Shown piece by piece: positions 10,204 to 19,176 of a stretch of DNA of 64,000 nt. Both the position numbers and the translations under genes were made by a program. The notes under the pieces are model-generated. The model did not search any database. It saw only the letters and a program-made list of their open reading frames with translations, and had not been told where the DNA came from. The stretch lies in the sequence record DRR378314_606. One strand, given 5' to 3'. Position 1 is the first letter of the stretch; each line of letters begins with the position of its first letter.

Positions 10204-10330
10204 AACGTTAAAGGAATTAATTATTGGTGAATTCAATTTTTACAGCAAATTATTAATGCTGTATTCCATTAAGGAGGGGTATTAATTTTTGTTTCAAACT
10301 ATATGAAGGCCTACTCAAGTATTTTACCTG

Positions 10331-11044
10331 TTATTCAAAATACATGTTGATCTCATCAGCAATGAGTCTATGCCCTTCAGCATTTGGATGATTTACTTGC
10401 GACATAAATTTTGAAATACTGTCTCCGGAAATCGCTTTTTCTTTGAATATTTCGAAACTATCCACAAGGCCGATCCCATTTTCCTTTGCTAAGCTTTGAA
10501 TTTGTTTTTGATGCTGTTCCAGTACATTATTTGCTTCCAACATGTTTATGCGTTGGTCAGGGGAGGGAGTTAAAAGTATTATTTTAATGTTTCTCTTCAA
10601 AGCTTTTTGGATCATATTGTTCCAGGCCTCATAGGACTTTTCCAGTCCGATCCCGGTATCGTTTAAGGCATAATCCAAGAAAAGCACATCTGGGTTGTGG
10701 ATCAGGACTTCGGGCTCAAATCGTTCCGCCCCGCTAACAGAATTCTCTCCGCCAATGGAAGTATTAATCATGTTAACTACTGCAAAGGGGTAGTGTTGCT
10801 TTATTGTTTGTAACACTAGAAAAGGGTAGGATTCCAAGGTTTTGACAATTGGGGTCTTAAAATAGCCCGCTGGAACCGAATGACCGTGAAAAACCAAATT
10901 GATAGTCCTATTGTTGGGCCATTTTTTGGTGAGTTCTACTTTAATGTCCTTCAAGTAATCTGAATTCGATGCTATCTCATTTTGAGCATACGTATGCCAT
11001 GAAAATAATATCAATAGTAATAAGACGAAGTTCAATTTTTTCAT
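10331..11044 (-). CDS. SGNH/GDSL hydrolase family protein, secreted
   Basis: FHGHSV (block I variant), IGGENS, DYALND, VNHPNAEGH; signal peptide. Confidence 0.85.
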   Translation of the reverse strand: MKKLNFVLLLLILFSWHTYAQNEIASNSDYLKDIKVELTKKWPNNRTINLVFHGHSVPAGYFKTPIVKTLESYPFLVLQTIKQHYPFAVVNMINTSIGGENSVSGAERFEPEVLIHNPDVLFLDYALNDTGIGLEKSYEAWNNMIQKALKRNIKIILLTPSPDQRINMLEANNVLEQHQKQIQSLAKENGIGLVDSFEIFKEKAISGDSISKFMSQVNHPNAEGHRLIADEINMYFE

Positions 11045-11111
11045 TTTAATATGTGTTCCATCAATTTGGGTATAAAAGTCTAAGTCACTAATAAACTACA
11101 ATAAATACTTA

Positions 11112-12020
11112 TTATAGTAACTCCATTTTTATCCAAAAATTCCATGTCATAAATAAGGTTATGAAAAGTGCGATTCCATAAAAAATAAGAATGGTAATCA
11201 TTCTTAATAGAGTTTTTGACCAGCTCCTTTTATAGAGATGTAATTTGCCGAAAAATAAGTAAAAAGGAATGGAGGTTATTAGGTAATTCTCTGGATAATA
11301 AGCCCGAATTGGGAATATAAGTTTAAAGCAAATTATAAGGACAAATAGGAGAAAAACAAAAGTATGTTGATTAATGGCAAGGACCAGATGGCTGTAATAA
11401 TACTTTTTACTTTTTCTAAATAACAGCCATAGGAAGAAGGCGTAAACGGGCATAAGAAAAAACAGGGACCATGATACAAACTTAAGAAAACTGTCCATGT
11501 ACATTTTGGGGTTATTTAGAACCTTTGAAAGGGCATTGGTCAATTTCTTTGGGCTAACAGAACTATCGCTAATATTTATTTCGTTAGTTTTTAGGGAATC
11601 GGTCTCTGGATTAAGTGAGTCTATTTGACCGTTGAATGATAAATTTATTTCATTTCTGACTTTTTCACTGATCTGAATTTGACTTCCGGCATAAATAGAC
11701 AATAATAAAAAGAATAAGAAACTTACAAATATATAGAGCCTAAAGGGGGACATATACCTTGCCCTATGGCCATTGAGATATTCCTCTACAAATTTAACTG
11801 GACGAAAAATTAAGGATGACATGGATTTCCATAACCTAGTATCGAAGGCGAAAATATTCCCTACGAGATCAACGATCAAAAAACGAAATGGCTTTTCAAA
11901 TTCATAGACAGATTGGCCACAATTGGGGCAAAATTTACCCTTAAATTGAGTTTTACAGTTTTTGCATGCCGTGTTATTTAATTCCGTTTCTTTGGAATTC
12001 TTTTCTATTTTCTCCGTCAT
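11112..12020 (-). CDS. DUF3667 domain membrane protein
   Basis: CKNC...FCPNCGQ zinc ribbon, EYLNGHRARYMSPFRLYIF, several TM helices. Confidence 0.85.
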   Translation of the reverse strand: MTEKIEKNSKETELNNTACKNCKTQFKGKFCPNCGQSVYEFEKPFRFLIVDLVGNIFAFDTRLWKSMSSLIFRPVKFVEEYLNGHRARYMSPFRLYIFVSFLFFLLLSIYAGSQIQISEKVRNEINLSFNGQIDSLNPETDSLKTNEINISDSSVSPKKLTNALSKVLNNPKMYMDSFLKFVSWSLFFLMPVYAFFLWLLFRKSKKYYYSHLVLAINQHTFVFLLFVLIICFKLIFPIRAYYPENYLITSIPFYLFFGKLHLYKRSWSKTLLRMITILIFYGIALFITLFMTWNFWIKMELL

Positions 12021-12159
12021 TTTTTTAAGTTATTAACTGTGGGCAATGCTTCAAATAGACAGTTCCCAATATCATGGTAATAAAGACCTATTGGTGTTAT
12101 CCACATTCATGCTGTTTTTGGAAATAGCTTTTCTGATCTAGCAGTAAAATAACGATTCG

Positions 12160-13239
12160 TTAATACCCGGTAATTTCTTTTAGTTTGTTGAAAAAAGCCT
12201 TCTTTCGATTAGAACTAATAGTCCAATCCACTGGGACACTTTGAAAACCTGCAGAATAATCCTCTCCTTTCATTCTAAAATCGAAGTAACCCCATGAAGC
12301 GTACGATTCTGTGGCAGAGAGAAAATTATAGGACTCCTTGTCAAAATCAAAATGATCGTCCTCATTGAATAGTATAGGCTTGGCAGAATAACTTTCGGAT
12401 TGTCTAACCAATGCCACCATCTCTTCTATTCTTTTTGGATCATTTACTCCGTTGCCATGTAATAGCACAAAATCTGAGGCTGCAATAACCTCTGAGGAGG
12501 GAATCTTATTACCGCCATAACTGGTGCTTACCAAGAGTTTGTTCCCACTTATTTCCTGAACCCTTTTTATTAATTCATGGACACGCTGAGGCTGCAATAT
12601 GGTATGGTCATATTTAACATCACATTCGTTATTAATCTCTATCAGAATGTTTTTATAGCCTTTTTGTAAAATCCAATTTGTTATGTTATCAACTGCATTT
12701 ACTACAGCTTGTTCATCTTTTAATTGTTCATCCTGACCAAAATAAAAATAGCCCAAAATAACTACCATACCTAGTTCATTGGACTTATTCAATATTTTTT
12801 CAAGTCTATTCAGGTAATCTTCCCTTAGGTTGCCCAAACTGTCGAAGGTTGAGTTGATCCACCCGTGATTGCCATAGCCCAACGGACTTCCGCCTTGCAG
12901 GTTAAGGGTAAAGGATAACAGGCCATGGGCCTTCCAATCCTCCATGGCGTTGACAAATTCTGTGGTGTTCCTATCCGCATCCCACTTGCCCGAATCCGGA
13001 TATTTAAAATTATCCCGGGTGTCGCCATTAAGATCATCGAATATTCCTTGCACCATTCGCGAATTAAAAAGTAAGCCTTCAATTTTATTGCCTTTCCAGT
13101 ATCTATTTTTATAGGTTATTTGATTGTTGATGTAAAACTGCGCTCCTTGGATACTTACAGAAGTTTTAGTGGGTTTGTAGGTAAAGGAAGATAGGCTAAT
13201 TGTGGATAATAGTATAACCACGGTGAAAATGTATTTCAT
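12160..13239 (-). CDS. Secreted hypothetical protein, putative TIM-barrel glycoside hydrolase
   Basis: Signal peptide; RLEKILNKSNELGMVVILG, LIEINNEC and PILFNED resemble clan GH-A acid/base and nucleophile contexts. Confidence 0.5.
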   Translation of the reverse strand: MKYIFTVVILLSTISLSSFTYKPTKTSVSIQGAQFYINNQITYKNRYWKGNKIEGLLFNSRMVQGIFDDLNGDTRDNFKYPDSGKWDADRNTTEFVNAMEDWKAHGLLSFTLNLQGGSPLGYGNHGWINSTFDSLGNLREDYLNRLEKILNKSNELGMVVILGYFYFGQDEQLKDEQAVVNAVDNITNWILQKGYKNILIEINNECDVKYDHTILQPQRVHELIKRVQEISGNKLLVSTSYGGNKIPSSEVIAASDFVLLHGNGVNDPKRIEEMVALVRQSESYSAKPILFNEDDHFDFDKESYNFLSATESYASWGYFDFRMKGEDYSAGFQSVPVDWTISSNRKKAFFNKLKEITGY

Positions 13240-13520
13240 TCTTATTTTTTTAAATAAATTCTCTATTTTATGATATTGCTTGTTTAAATGTAGGGAATTT
13301 TTGTGTTGTTACGCCAGAGTTTAAATTTTTGAGTCTACTTGCTGTAAGCTCTGTATAAACTAATAATCAATTGGCAGACAGTATTTTGTATCTGAAAAAT
13401 CTAAAAAACGGCCCTTGCTATGCCTGTCAATAGTAAGGTTCTAATTATGGGTAGTATTTTTAAGGATTGAAATTATATACCCAAAAGTAGTGGCTTGGCA
13501 GGTTTAAAAAATAGAGGATA

Positions 13521-13552
13521 TTGCTATTCTGAACTTCCTTTCTTTATCTTTG
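13521..13552 (+). promoter_or_regulatory. Bacteroidota housekeeping-sigma promoter for ppnP
   Basis: TTG at 13521 and TATCTTTG at 13545-13552 match the -33 TTG / -7 TAnnTTTG consensus, 26 nt before the ATG. Confidence 0.65.
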
Positions 13553-13578
13553 CGACCTATTTGATAAAAAGAAAGTAT

Positions 13579-13860
13579 ATGATCTCGAGCAACGAATATT
13601 TTGAAGGAACGGTAAAATCGTTAGGGTACACCTCCGCTACAGGAAAATCTACCATAGGGGTAATGGAGCCCGGCGAATATGAATTTGGCACTTCCGCAAA
13701 AGAAAACATGATTGTAGTAGAAGGGGAACTAATAGCCCTACTGCCAAATGAAACGGAATGGAAATCCTTTAAGTCGGGCACTTCTTTTAAAGTAGCGGCA
13801 AATACTTCTTTTAAAGTGAAATCGGTAGGTCAAACTTCCTATCTATGTCAATACGAGTAG
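13579..13860 (+). CDS. ppnP: Pyrimidine/purine nucleoside phosphorylase (DUF1255)
   Basis: MISSNEYFEGTVKSLG...STIGVMEPGEYEFGT...SYLCQY, 93 aa. Start set at ATG 13579, downstream of the promoter. Confidence 0.9.
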   Translation: MISSNEYFEGTVKSLGYTSATGKSTIGVMEPGEYEFGTSAKENMIVVEGELIALLPNETEWKSFKSGTSFKVAANTSFKVKSVGQTSYLCQYE

Positions 13861-13875
13861 ACTAATATTTCCAAT

Positions 13876-13899
13876 TAGGAATTTTTGGTTCCTATTTTT
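13876..13899 (+). terminator. Short hairpin plus U tract after ppnP
   Basis: TAGGAA-TTTTTGG-TTCCTA-TTTTT. Confidence 0.4.
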
Positions 13900-13940
13900 A
13901 AGGGCGTTTCACTCAAATAAATTCGGAGAGTAAAGAAGTT

Positions 13941-14378
13941 TCACATAATCTGGTTGAATTCCAGTTTTTCCCCATCCAAACCCCTTATTGCGAAATATTT
14001 GCAGCCCTTTTCCCAAAAGTCCAGGAAAACGGGTTTCTCCTCTACCATGGTAAAACCGGCTTCCTTTAGTTCGTGAAAAGCCTTGTCCACATCGGCCACA
14101 TCAAAGGCAATATGGTCTACATGGCCATCTTTCCTCGATCTAAGTTCGTCCATCTCCTTCCTGGTCACCTGATATAGTTCAATGATTACTCCCTTTTGTT
14201 CCATCATGGCTACGAGTATGGTGTCATTTTCTTCAGGTACATCTACATGTGAGGCCATAATTCTTTTAAATCCTAGCGATCTGTAAAACGCTATGGAAGC
14301 TTCAAGATTTGAAACGGGCAGGCCAAGGTGCTGTAGCCCGTTAAAATTGTCTTGGAGAAGTGGGGTGTTACGGCTCAT
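13941..14378 (-). CDS. VOC family protein
   Basis: LQHLGLPVSNLEASIAFY, IELYQ, VDHIAFDVADVD and GLDGEKLEF. Confidence 0.88.
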   Translation of the reverse strand: MSRNTPLLQDNFNGLQHLGLPVSNLEASIAFYRSLGFKRIMASHVDVPEENDTILVAMMEQKGVIIELYQVTRKEMDELRSRKDGHVDHIAFDVADVDKAFHELKEAGFTMVEEKPVFLDFWEKGCKYFAIRGLDGEKLEFNQIM

Positions 14379-14611
14379 TGATAGAGGTTTGTTCAATATG
14401 GTAAGATAGCAATTTTATTGTTGTACTTCTTTGGAGTTTTTCTTCTTTGGTTTTTGGCTATTAATTTTCACATAAATATGTGATTGTCGGCATCACACTT
14501 TCTTTATTCCTTTGTAAAGTGTATTTAAATCTCTGTACCATGTTTATATGGGCGTCGGATTAAAAACTAAATGCCCAAATATCCTTAAAGTAAAATCAAA
14601 ATTGAAAGTTT

Positions 14612-15181
14612 ATGAAAAAAACATTTTTTGCGTTTGTCGTTCTTGGTATAATGGCAATCGCTTGCAACTCTCCCAAACAAAAGGAATTGGCAAAAGCAGA
14701 TCTGCCCAGCGCCGCCGATAGGATAGAACGCGGGGAGTTTTTGGTGGCTACCTTAGGGTGCAACGATTGCCACTCCCCAAAAGTTATGACCCCAAGGGGT
14801 CCTGTACCGGATCCCGACAGGCTGTTATCCGGCCATTATTCCAATGAAGTTTTACCGGAATATGATCCCCAGTCGGTAGGGGGCTACGTGCTTTTCAATA
14901 TGAACGGAACTGCAGCAATTGGACCTTGGGGCACCTCCTTTGCCGGTAATTTAACCCCGGATGCTACGGGTATAGGGTTTTGGTCCGAGGAGCAATTTGT
15001 GAAGTCCATAAAAGAGGGGAAATACAAAGGACTGGACAATAGTAGGCCACTATTGCCCCCAATGCCATGGGAAGGATATTCCAAATTGCCAGATGAGGAT
15101 CTAAAGGCTATATACGCCTATTTAAAGAGCATAAAGCCCGTTAAGAATATAGTGCCACAGGCAATCTTGCCCGGAATATAG
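14612..15181 (+). CDS. c-type cytochrome lipoprotein (one CXXCH)
   Basis: Lipobox MAIAC, CNDCH, GPWGTSFAGNLTPD, PPMPW (likely Met ligand), DLKAIYAYLKS. Confidence 0.88.
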   Translation: MKKTFFAFVVLGIMAIACNSPKQKELAKADLPSAADRIERGEFLVATLGCNDCHSPKVMTPRGPVPDPDRLLSGHYSNEVLPEYDPQSVGGYVLFNMNGTAAIGPWGTSFAGNLTPDATGIGFWSEEQFVKSIKEGKYKGLDNSRPLLPPMPWEGYSKLPDEDLKAIYAYLKSIKPVKNIVPQAILPGI

Positions 15182-15224
15182 ACAATTTTTCAACCATAAA
15201 TTTTAAGGATTATTTTGGATTGCA

Positions 15225-15285
15225 ACGGTGCCATTCTACAATTGTTAAAAAATTGAGAGCCAAACATATAAGTGAATGGCACCGT
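15225..15285. terminator. 12-bp perfect inverted repeat between convergent genes
   Basis: ACGGTGCCATTC (15225-15236) and GAATGGCACCGT (15274-15285) with a 37-nt loop. Confidence 0.45.
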
Positions 15286-15322
15286 AATTATTCTTCACCC
15301 AAACTTGATAAAAAGCATAAAA

Positions 15323-16276
15323 TCAGGAATCATTTTTTACAGGTTCTTTTTTATAATCAGATTTTACAATTGCTTTGATGCCCTCCAAATAGCTAGTTGT
15401 TTTAAATTCAAATTGGCTATTGAATTTATCCGAATTAAAAACGTAGTCCCTGTCGTATTGATACATCATCTCGGGCATTTCCCTCATTATAGGCATAAAA
15501 AGCCCTAGTATCTTTACAATTAAGCTACTGGCAACCTGAAATCTGGGCTTTACCCCCATTTCATTTGCAATGGCTGTTATCCACTCTTTTCCTGTATACG
15601 GATTCTTTGCGGTGGGTAAATGCCAAACCTGATTGTAGGCCTCCGCTGAATTTCCCAGAAGGGCAGTGGCCTTGCCCGCGTCAGGCGTGTATGTAAAGGA
15701 ATGTTTGTGGTTTAAGGAAGCCATCCAATTGGCTTTTTTACCTGTACTTAAGGGTTTCAATACGGTCTCCGTCAACATACTGGAATTTTTGATACTGGGG
15801 CCATAAAAATCCGCTGAACGGGCAATCAAAGCTTCTAGTTGACCTTCTTTGACTTTGTCCATGATCATGGCAGCAATTTCTGCACGTACTTTGCCTTTCT
15901 TGCTCGAAGGATTTATTGGCGTTTCCTCATCCATTCCATCCAAAAAATTGGCATCGTACATGTAGATATTGTCAAAAAACACCAATTTACTGTTGTTTTC
16001 TATACAGGCGTCGATGACATTTTTAATGAATTTTGGCCAGTTTTGCTGCCAAATTTTAAGATTATAAGGAAATCCAACCGTGACATAAACAACGGAAGAA
16101 CCTTGGACGGCTTCAAAGACTTTTTTTCTGTCCGAAAGGTCTGCAGCTAATAGCTGATCGGTTTCATTTACCTTTACGGGATTTCTGTTTACCAACCTTA
16201 TTTTGCTGGTATATGCTGTTAGTGCTTTGGCCAGTTCAATACCTATTGGTCCTCCGGCACCCAATATAGTCTGCAT
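15323..16276 (-). CDS. NAD-dependent epimerase/dehydratase family (atypical SDR)
   Basis: MQTILGAGGPIG, NIYMY, ARSADFYGP, SFTYTPDAGKA. Confidence 0.88.
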   Translation of the reverse strand: MQTILGAGGPIGIELAKALTAYTSKIRLVNRNPVKVNETDQLLAADLSDRKKVFEAVQGSSVVYVTVGFPYNLKIWQQNWPKFIKNVIDACIENNSKLVFFDNIYMYDANFLDGMDEETPINPSSKKGKVRAEIAAMIMDKVKEGQLEALIARSADFYGPSIKNSSMLTETVLKPLSTGKKANWMASLNHKHSFTYTPDAGKATALLGNSAEAYNQVWHLPTAKNPYTGKEWITAIANEMGVKPRFQVASSLIVKILGLFMPIMREMPEMMYQYDRDYVFNSDKFNSQFEFKTTSYLEGIKAIVKSDYKKEPVKNDS

Positions 16277-16575
16277 GCTTATTCTTTTTTGTTTGATATG
16301 TGCCAAACCCAGAATATCGTCATTATCTGTTGCCTAAATAAATTTAGCGGGGCAGCTTGGTGACGCTTGTTCTCCATGATTTGCACACGGATAAAAATTG
16401 TTTGGTTAAATTTAGGAAAATTCCCTTTTCTTAGGTTAAGATAATAAATTTTAGTTGGCTTATATTTAGTGTGATTCAATCCCTAATAAGTTTTGGGAAC
16501 TTAATTTCTATTTGGAGTTTGATCCTTGTAATTCAGGGGTCAATGGAATTTAATTTAAATACTCTAACAAATCAT

Positions 16576-17925
16576 ATGAAGCGCACAGTTTTCCCCTTAT
16601 TATTCCTAACAATAATATTACTTGGACATGGACAATCCATGTTTACGCCCAAGGACCCTATTTTGAGTGACGGGGATTTAGAATTTTTAAAAACACTAAC
16701 CGAAACCATTATTGATAGTTCCCGCATTTACCCCGGAGAACGGGTTGCGGATCAAATGGGCAATAACAATACAGGGGGAATACTTGTTAAGCCAGGAGGT
16801 AGGGGGAGTTATCCGGCCTTCTGGATCAGGGATTATGCCATGTCTTTGGAGTCTGGATTTATTTCCAGGGAGGAACAAAGACATATGTTACTGTTAACAG
16901 CGTCTACCCAAGCGGATAGGACATGGATTACCAAAAATGGGGCTTTAATCCCCTTTGGCGCCATAGCAGATCATATCCGTATGGACGACGGATTGCCCAT
17001 ATATTTTCCGGGTACCTATAGTTTTGAAGAACAGGGCACTCCAGAGTTTGGTAGGACCCCGCCTTATGGCGATCAGTTTTTCTTTGTGCATATGGCCTAT
17101 TACTTTATTAAAACCACGTCGGAATTAACCATTTTAGAACAGAAAATAAATGGAACGAGCCTTATGGACCGACTCGAAATTGCATTTAATTTGCCACCAT
17201 CGAGATTGGAAGATCATATTGTTACCACCACGGACCATTTTAGGGGCATCGATTTTGGGTTTAGGGATGTTATGACCATTACGGGCGATCTTTGTTATCC
17301 GTCCATATTAAAATTTAAGGCGGCCCTGGAACTTTCCGAATTGTTTGAAAAACGAAACAATCCGGTTAAGGTGGAGAAGTATAGGCTGATTGCCAATAAT
17401 ATCAAGGAAGCAATACCACAATTGTTTATGGATGAAAGGGGTATGCTAAAAGCGTCAACCGGAAAAGGAAATCAGCCTGACGTATGGTCTACGGCCTTGG
17501 CCGTATATTACGATATCTTGAGCCAAGTGGAAACGGAAAAAACAAGCCGATTCTTGTCCCAAGCCTACGAAAATGGGCATTTGTCCTACAAAGGTAACAT
17601 TAGGCACATTTTAACCACCGATGACTTTGATGAATCCACGGCTTGGGAATTCTCCTTGGCCCAAAAAAACACTTACCAGAATGGGGCCTATTGGGGCACT
17701 CCCACAGGGTGGGTGTGTTATGCCATAGCCAAAACCAATTTTAAACTTGCCCAGCAATTGGCCAAGGAGTACATAGATGATATACGCCAGAACGATTTTA
17801 GAAAGGGACCAGAATACGGAGCTCCCTATGAATGTTTTCATCCTTCAGGACACACACAAAATCCTTTGTATATGACTACCGTAAGTTGTCCTTTGGCTGC
17901 GTTTAGGGAGATCACTAGGCCTTGA
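16576..17925 (+). CDS. Secreted six-hairpin (alpha/alpha)6 glycosidase-like protein
   Basis: Signal peptide; YPAFWIRDYAM and YQNGAYWGTPTGW...PYEC motifs typical of six-hairpin GH-like proteins. Confidence 0.6.
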   Translation: MKRTVFPLLFLTIILLGHGQSMFTPKDPILSDGDLEFLKTLTETIIDSSRIYPGERVADQMGNNNTGGILVKPGGRGSYPAFWIRDYAMSLESGFISREEQRHMLLLTASTQADRTWITKNGALIPFGAIADHIRMDDGLPIYFPGTYSFEEQGTPEFGRTPPYGDQFFFVHMAYYFIKTTSELTILEQKINGTSLMDRLEIAFNLPPSRLEDHIVTTTDHFRGIDFGFRDVMTITGDLCYPSILKFKAALELSELFEKRNNPVKVEKYRLIANNIKEAIPQLFMDERGMLKASTGKGNQPDVWSTALAVYYDILSQVETEKTSRFLSQAYENGHLSYKGNIRHILTTDDFDESTAWEFSLAQKNTYQNGAYWGTPTGWVCYAIAKTNFKLAQQLAKEYIDDIRQNDFRKGPEYGAPYECFHPSGHTQNPLYMTTVSCPLAAFREITRP

Positions 17926-18263
17926 TTTTTTATGAAATCAACTGTTAGGAGGTGAATAATCAATATTTATTTGTTCAGGCTTTATTACCCATGGAACTCT
18001 GATTTTTCTCAGATAGAGGTTCTAAACCGGAGGAAAGATGATCTGTGTAAAAGAAGTTTCTGTATTCTCCATGTTGGAATTTATAAGCAAAGTATTGACT
18101 GTTATATTGTAAATCAATACTTTAATGCCTTTAAATTATGTATTTTAATTAATGTAATGGCGTAATTCTTGGACTGAGTATGCTTCCGGAAGATTTTGGC
18201 CCTTATAATACCCTTAAAACCCATTGTAAGTATTTATATACCAACTTCTAAAGATTACCAATT

Positions 18264-19112
18264 ATGAAAAGGAAAAGAAACCAAATTGTTGCAACCTTCT
18301 TTATTTTGTTATTTTTTTTGTCAAGCTTTCAATTAATGGCACAGGAGCATCTTGACGCTGACCATGAAAAGGAAATGCATGAACACAATGCAATGGGAAA
18401 TGAAGCAACATTGAAGGTTTTGCTTTTTTCTGGAACCGGTTGGTTCCGTCATCCGGACATTCCCATTGTAAATGGATGGATTGTAAGGTTAGGTGCCGAA
18501 CACAATATGCAGATAGATGTAAGTGAAACTGGTACAGATATATCAAAAGAAAAATTAGGAAATTATGATGTAGTGCTGTTCAACAATGCCAATGTCCTCG
18601 ATAAGGTTTTCAACGAAGAACAGCGTAATGCCATTGAAGAATGGTACAAGGATGGTGGGGCCATTGTTGGTTTACATGCATTGTTGGTACATCAGGAAAA
18701 CTGGCCCTGGATCATGGAATTGGGAGGGTGTGATTTTAATAGTGATTCAGAATTTCTCAAAGCCAAAGTGGTGGTCGATCCTTCGGCCATGGGTCACCCT
18801 GCAGTTAGGGGAATGGGCGAGGAGTTTTGGTATGAAGCTGATTGGACCAATCATACGATATCCGTTACTGGTTTGCCGGGGTTACAGGTGTTGTTAAGAG
18901 TGGACGAATCAACATATGAACCAGTAAGGGAATATTTCAAGACTAGAGGAGGCGTTGCAATGGGTGAAGATCATCCTATAGCCTGGACCCGGGTTTGGGG
19001 TGGAGGAAGATTCTTCTATACAGAATTGGGCCATGACATCCGTTCGTTGGATACGGATTTTGGTAGACAACATCTTATAGAAGGAATAAAATGGGCCGTG
19101 AAAAAAGAATGA
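18264..19112 (+). CDS. ThuA domain-containing protein, secreted
   Basis: KVLLFSGTGWFRH, YDVVLFNNA, GGAIVGLHA, VLLRVDESTY, DHPIAWTR, GRFFYTELGH. Confidence 0.9.
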   Translation: MKRKRNQIVATFFILLFFLSSFQLMAQEHLDADHEKEMHEHNAMGNEATLKVLLFSGTGWFRHPDIPIVNGWIVRLGAEHNMQIDVSETGTDISKEKLGNYDVVLFNNANVLDKVFNEEQRNAIEEWYKDGGAIVGLHALLVHQENWPWIMELGGCDFNSDSEFLKAKVVVDPSAMGHPAVRGMGEEFWYEADWTNHTISVTGLPGLQVLLRVDESTYEPVREYFKTRGGVAMGEDHPIAWTRVWGGGRFFYTELGHDIRSLDTDFGRQHLIEGIKWAVKKE

Positions 19113-19176
19113 TACAATGTCCACCTTTATTATATCAAAATCCAAGACATTACAACTTTATAAACCACAATTAAAA

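Noticed and set aside
14612-15181. Cytochrome c lipoprotein as the electron acceptor of the molybdoenzyme or the DUF1501 operon
   Set aside because: Not adjacent or co-transcribed with either, so nothing in the sequence links them
17971-18165. 64-aa ORF upstream of the ThuA gene as a possible leader peptide
   Set aside because: TTG start, no features, and it overlaps the probable promoter region
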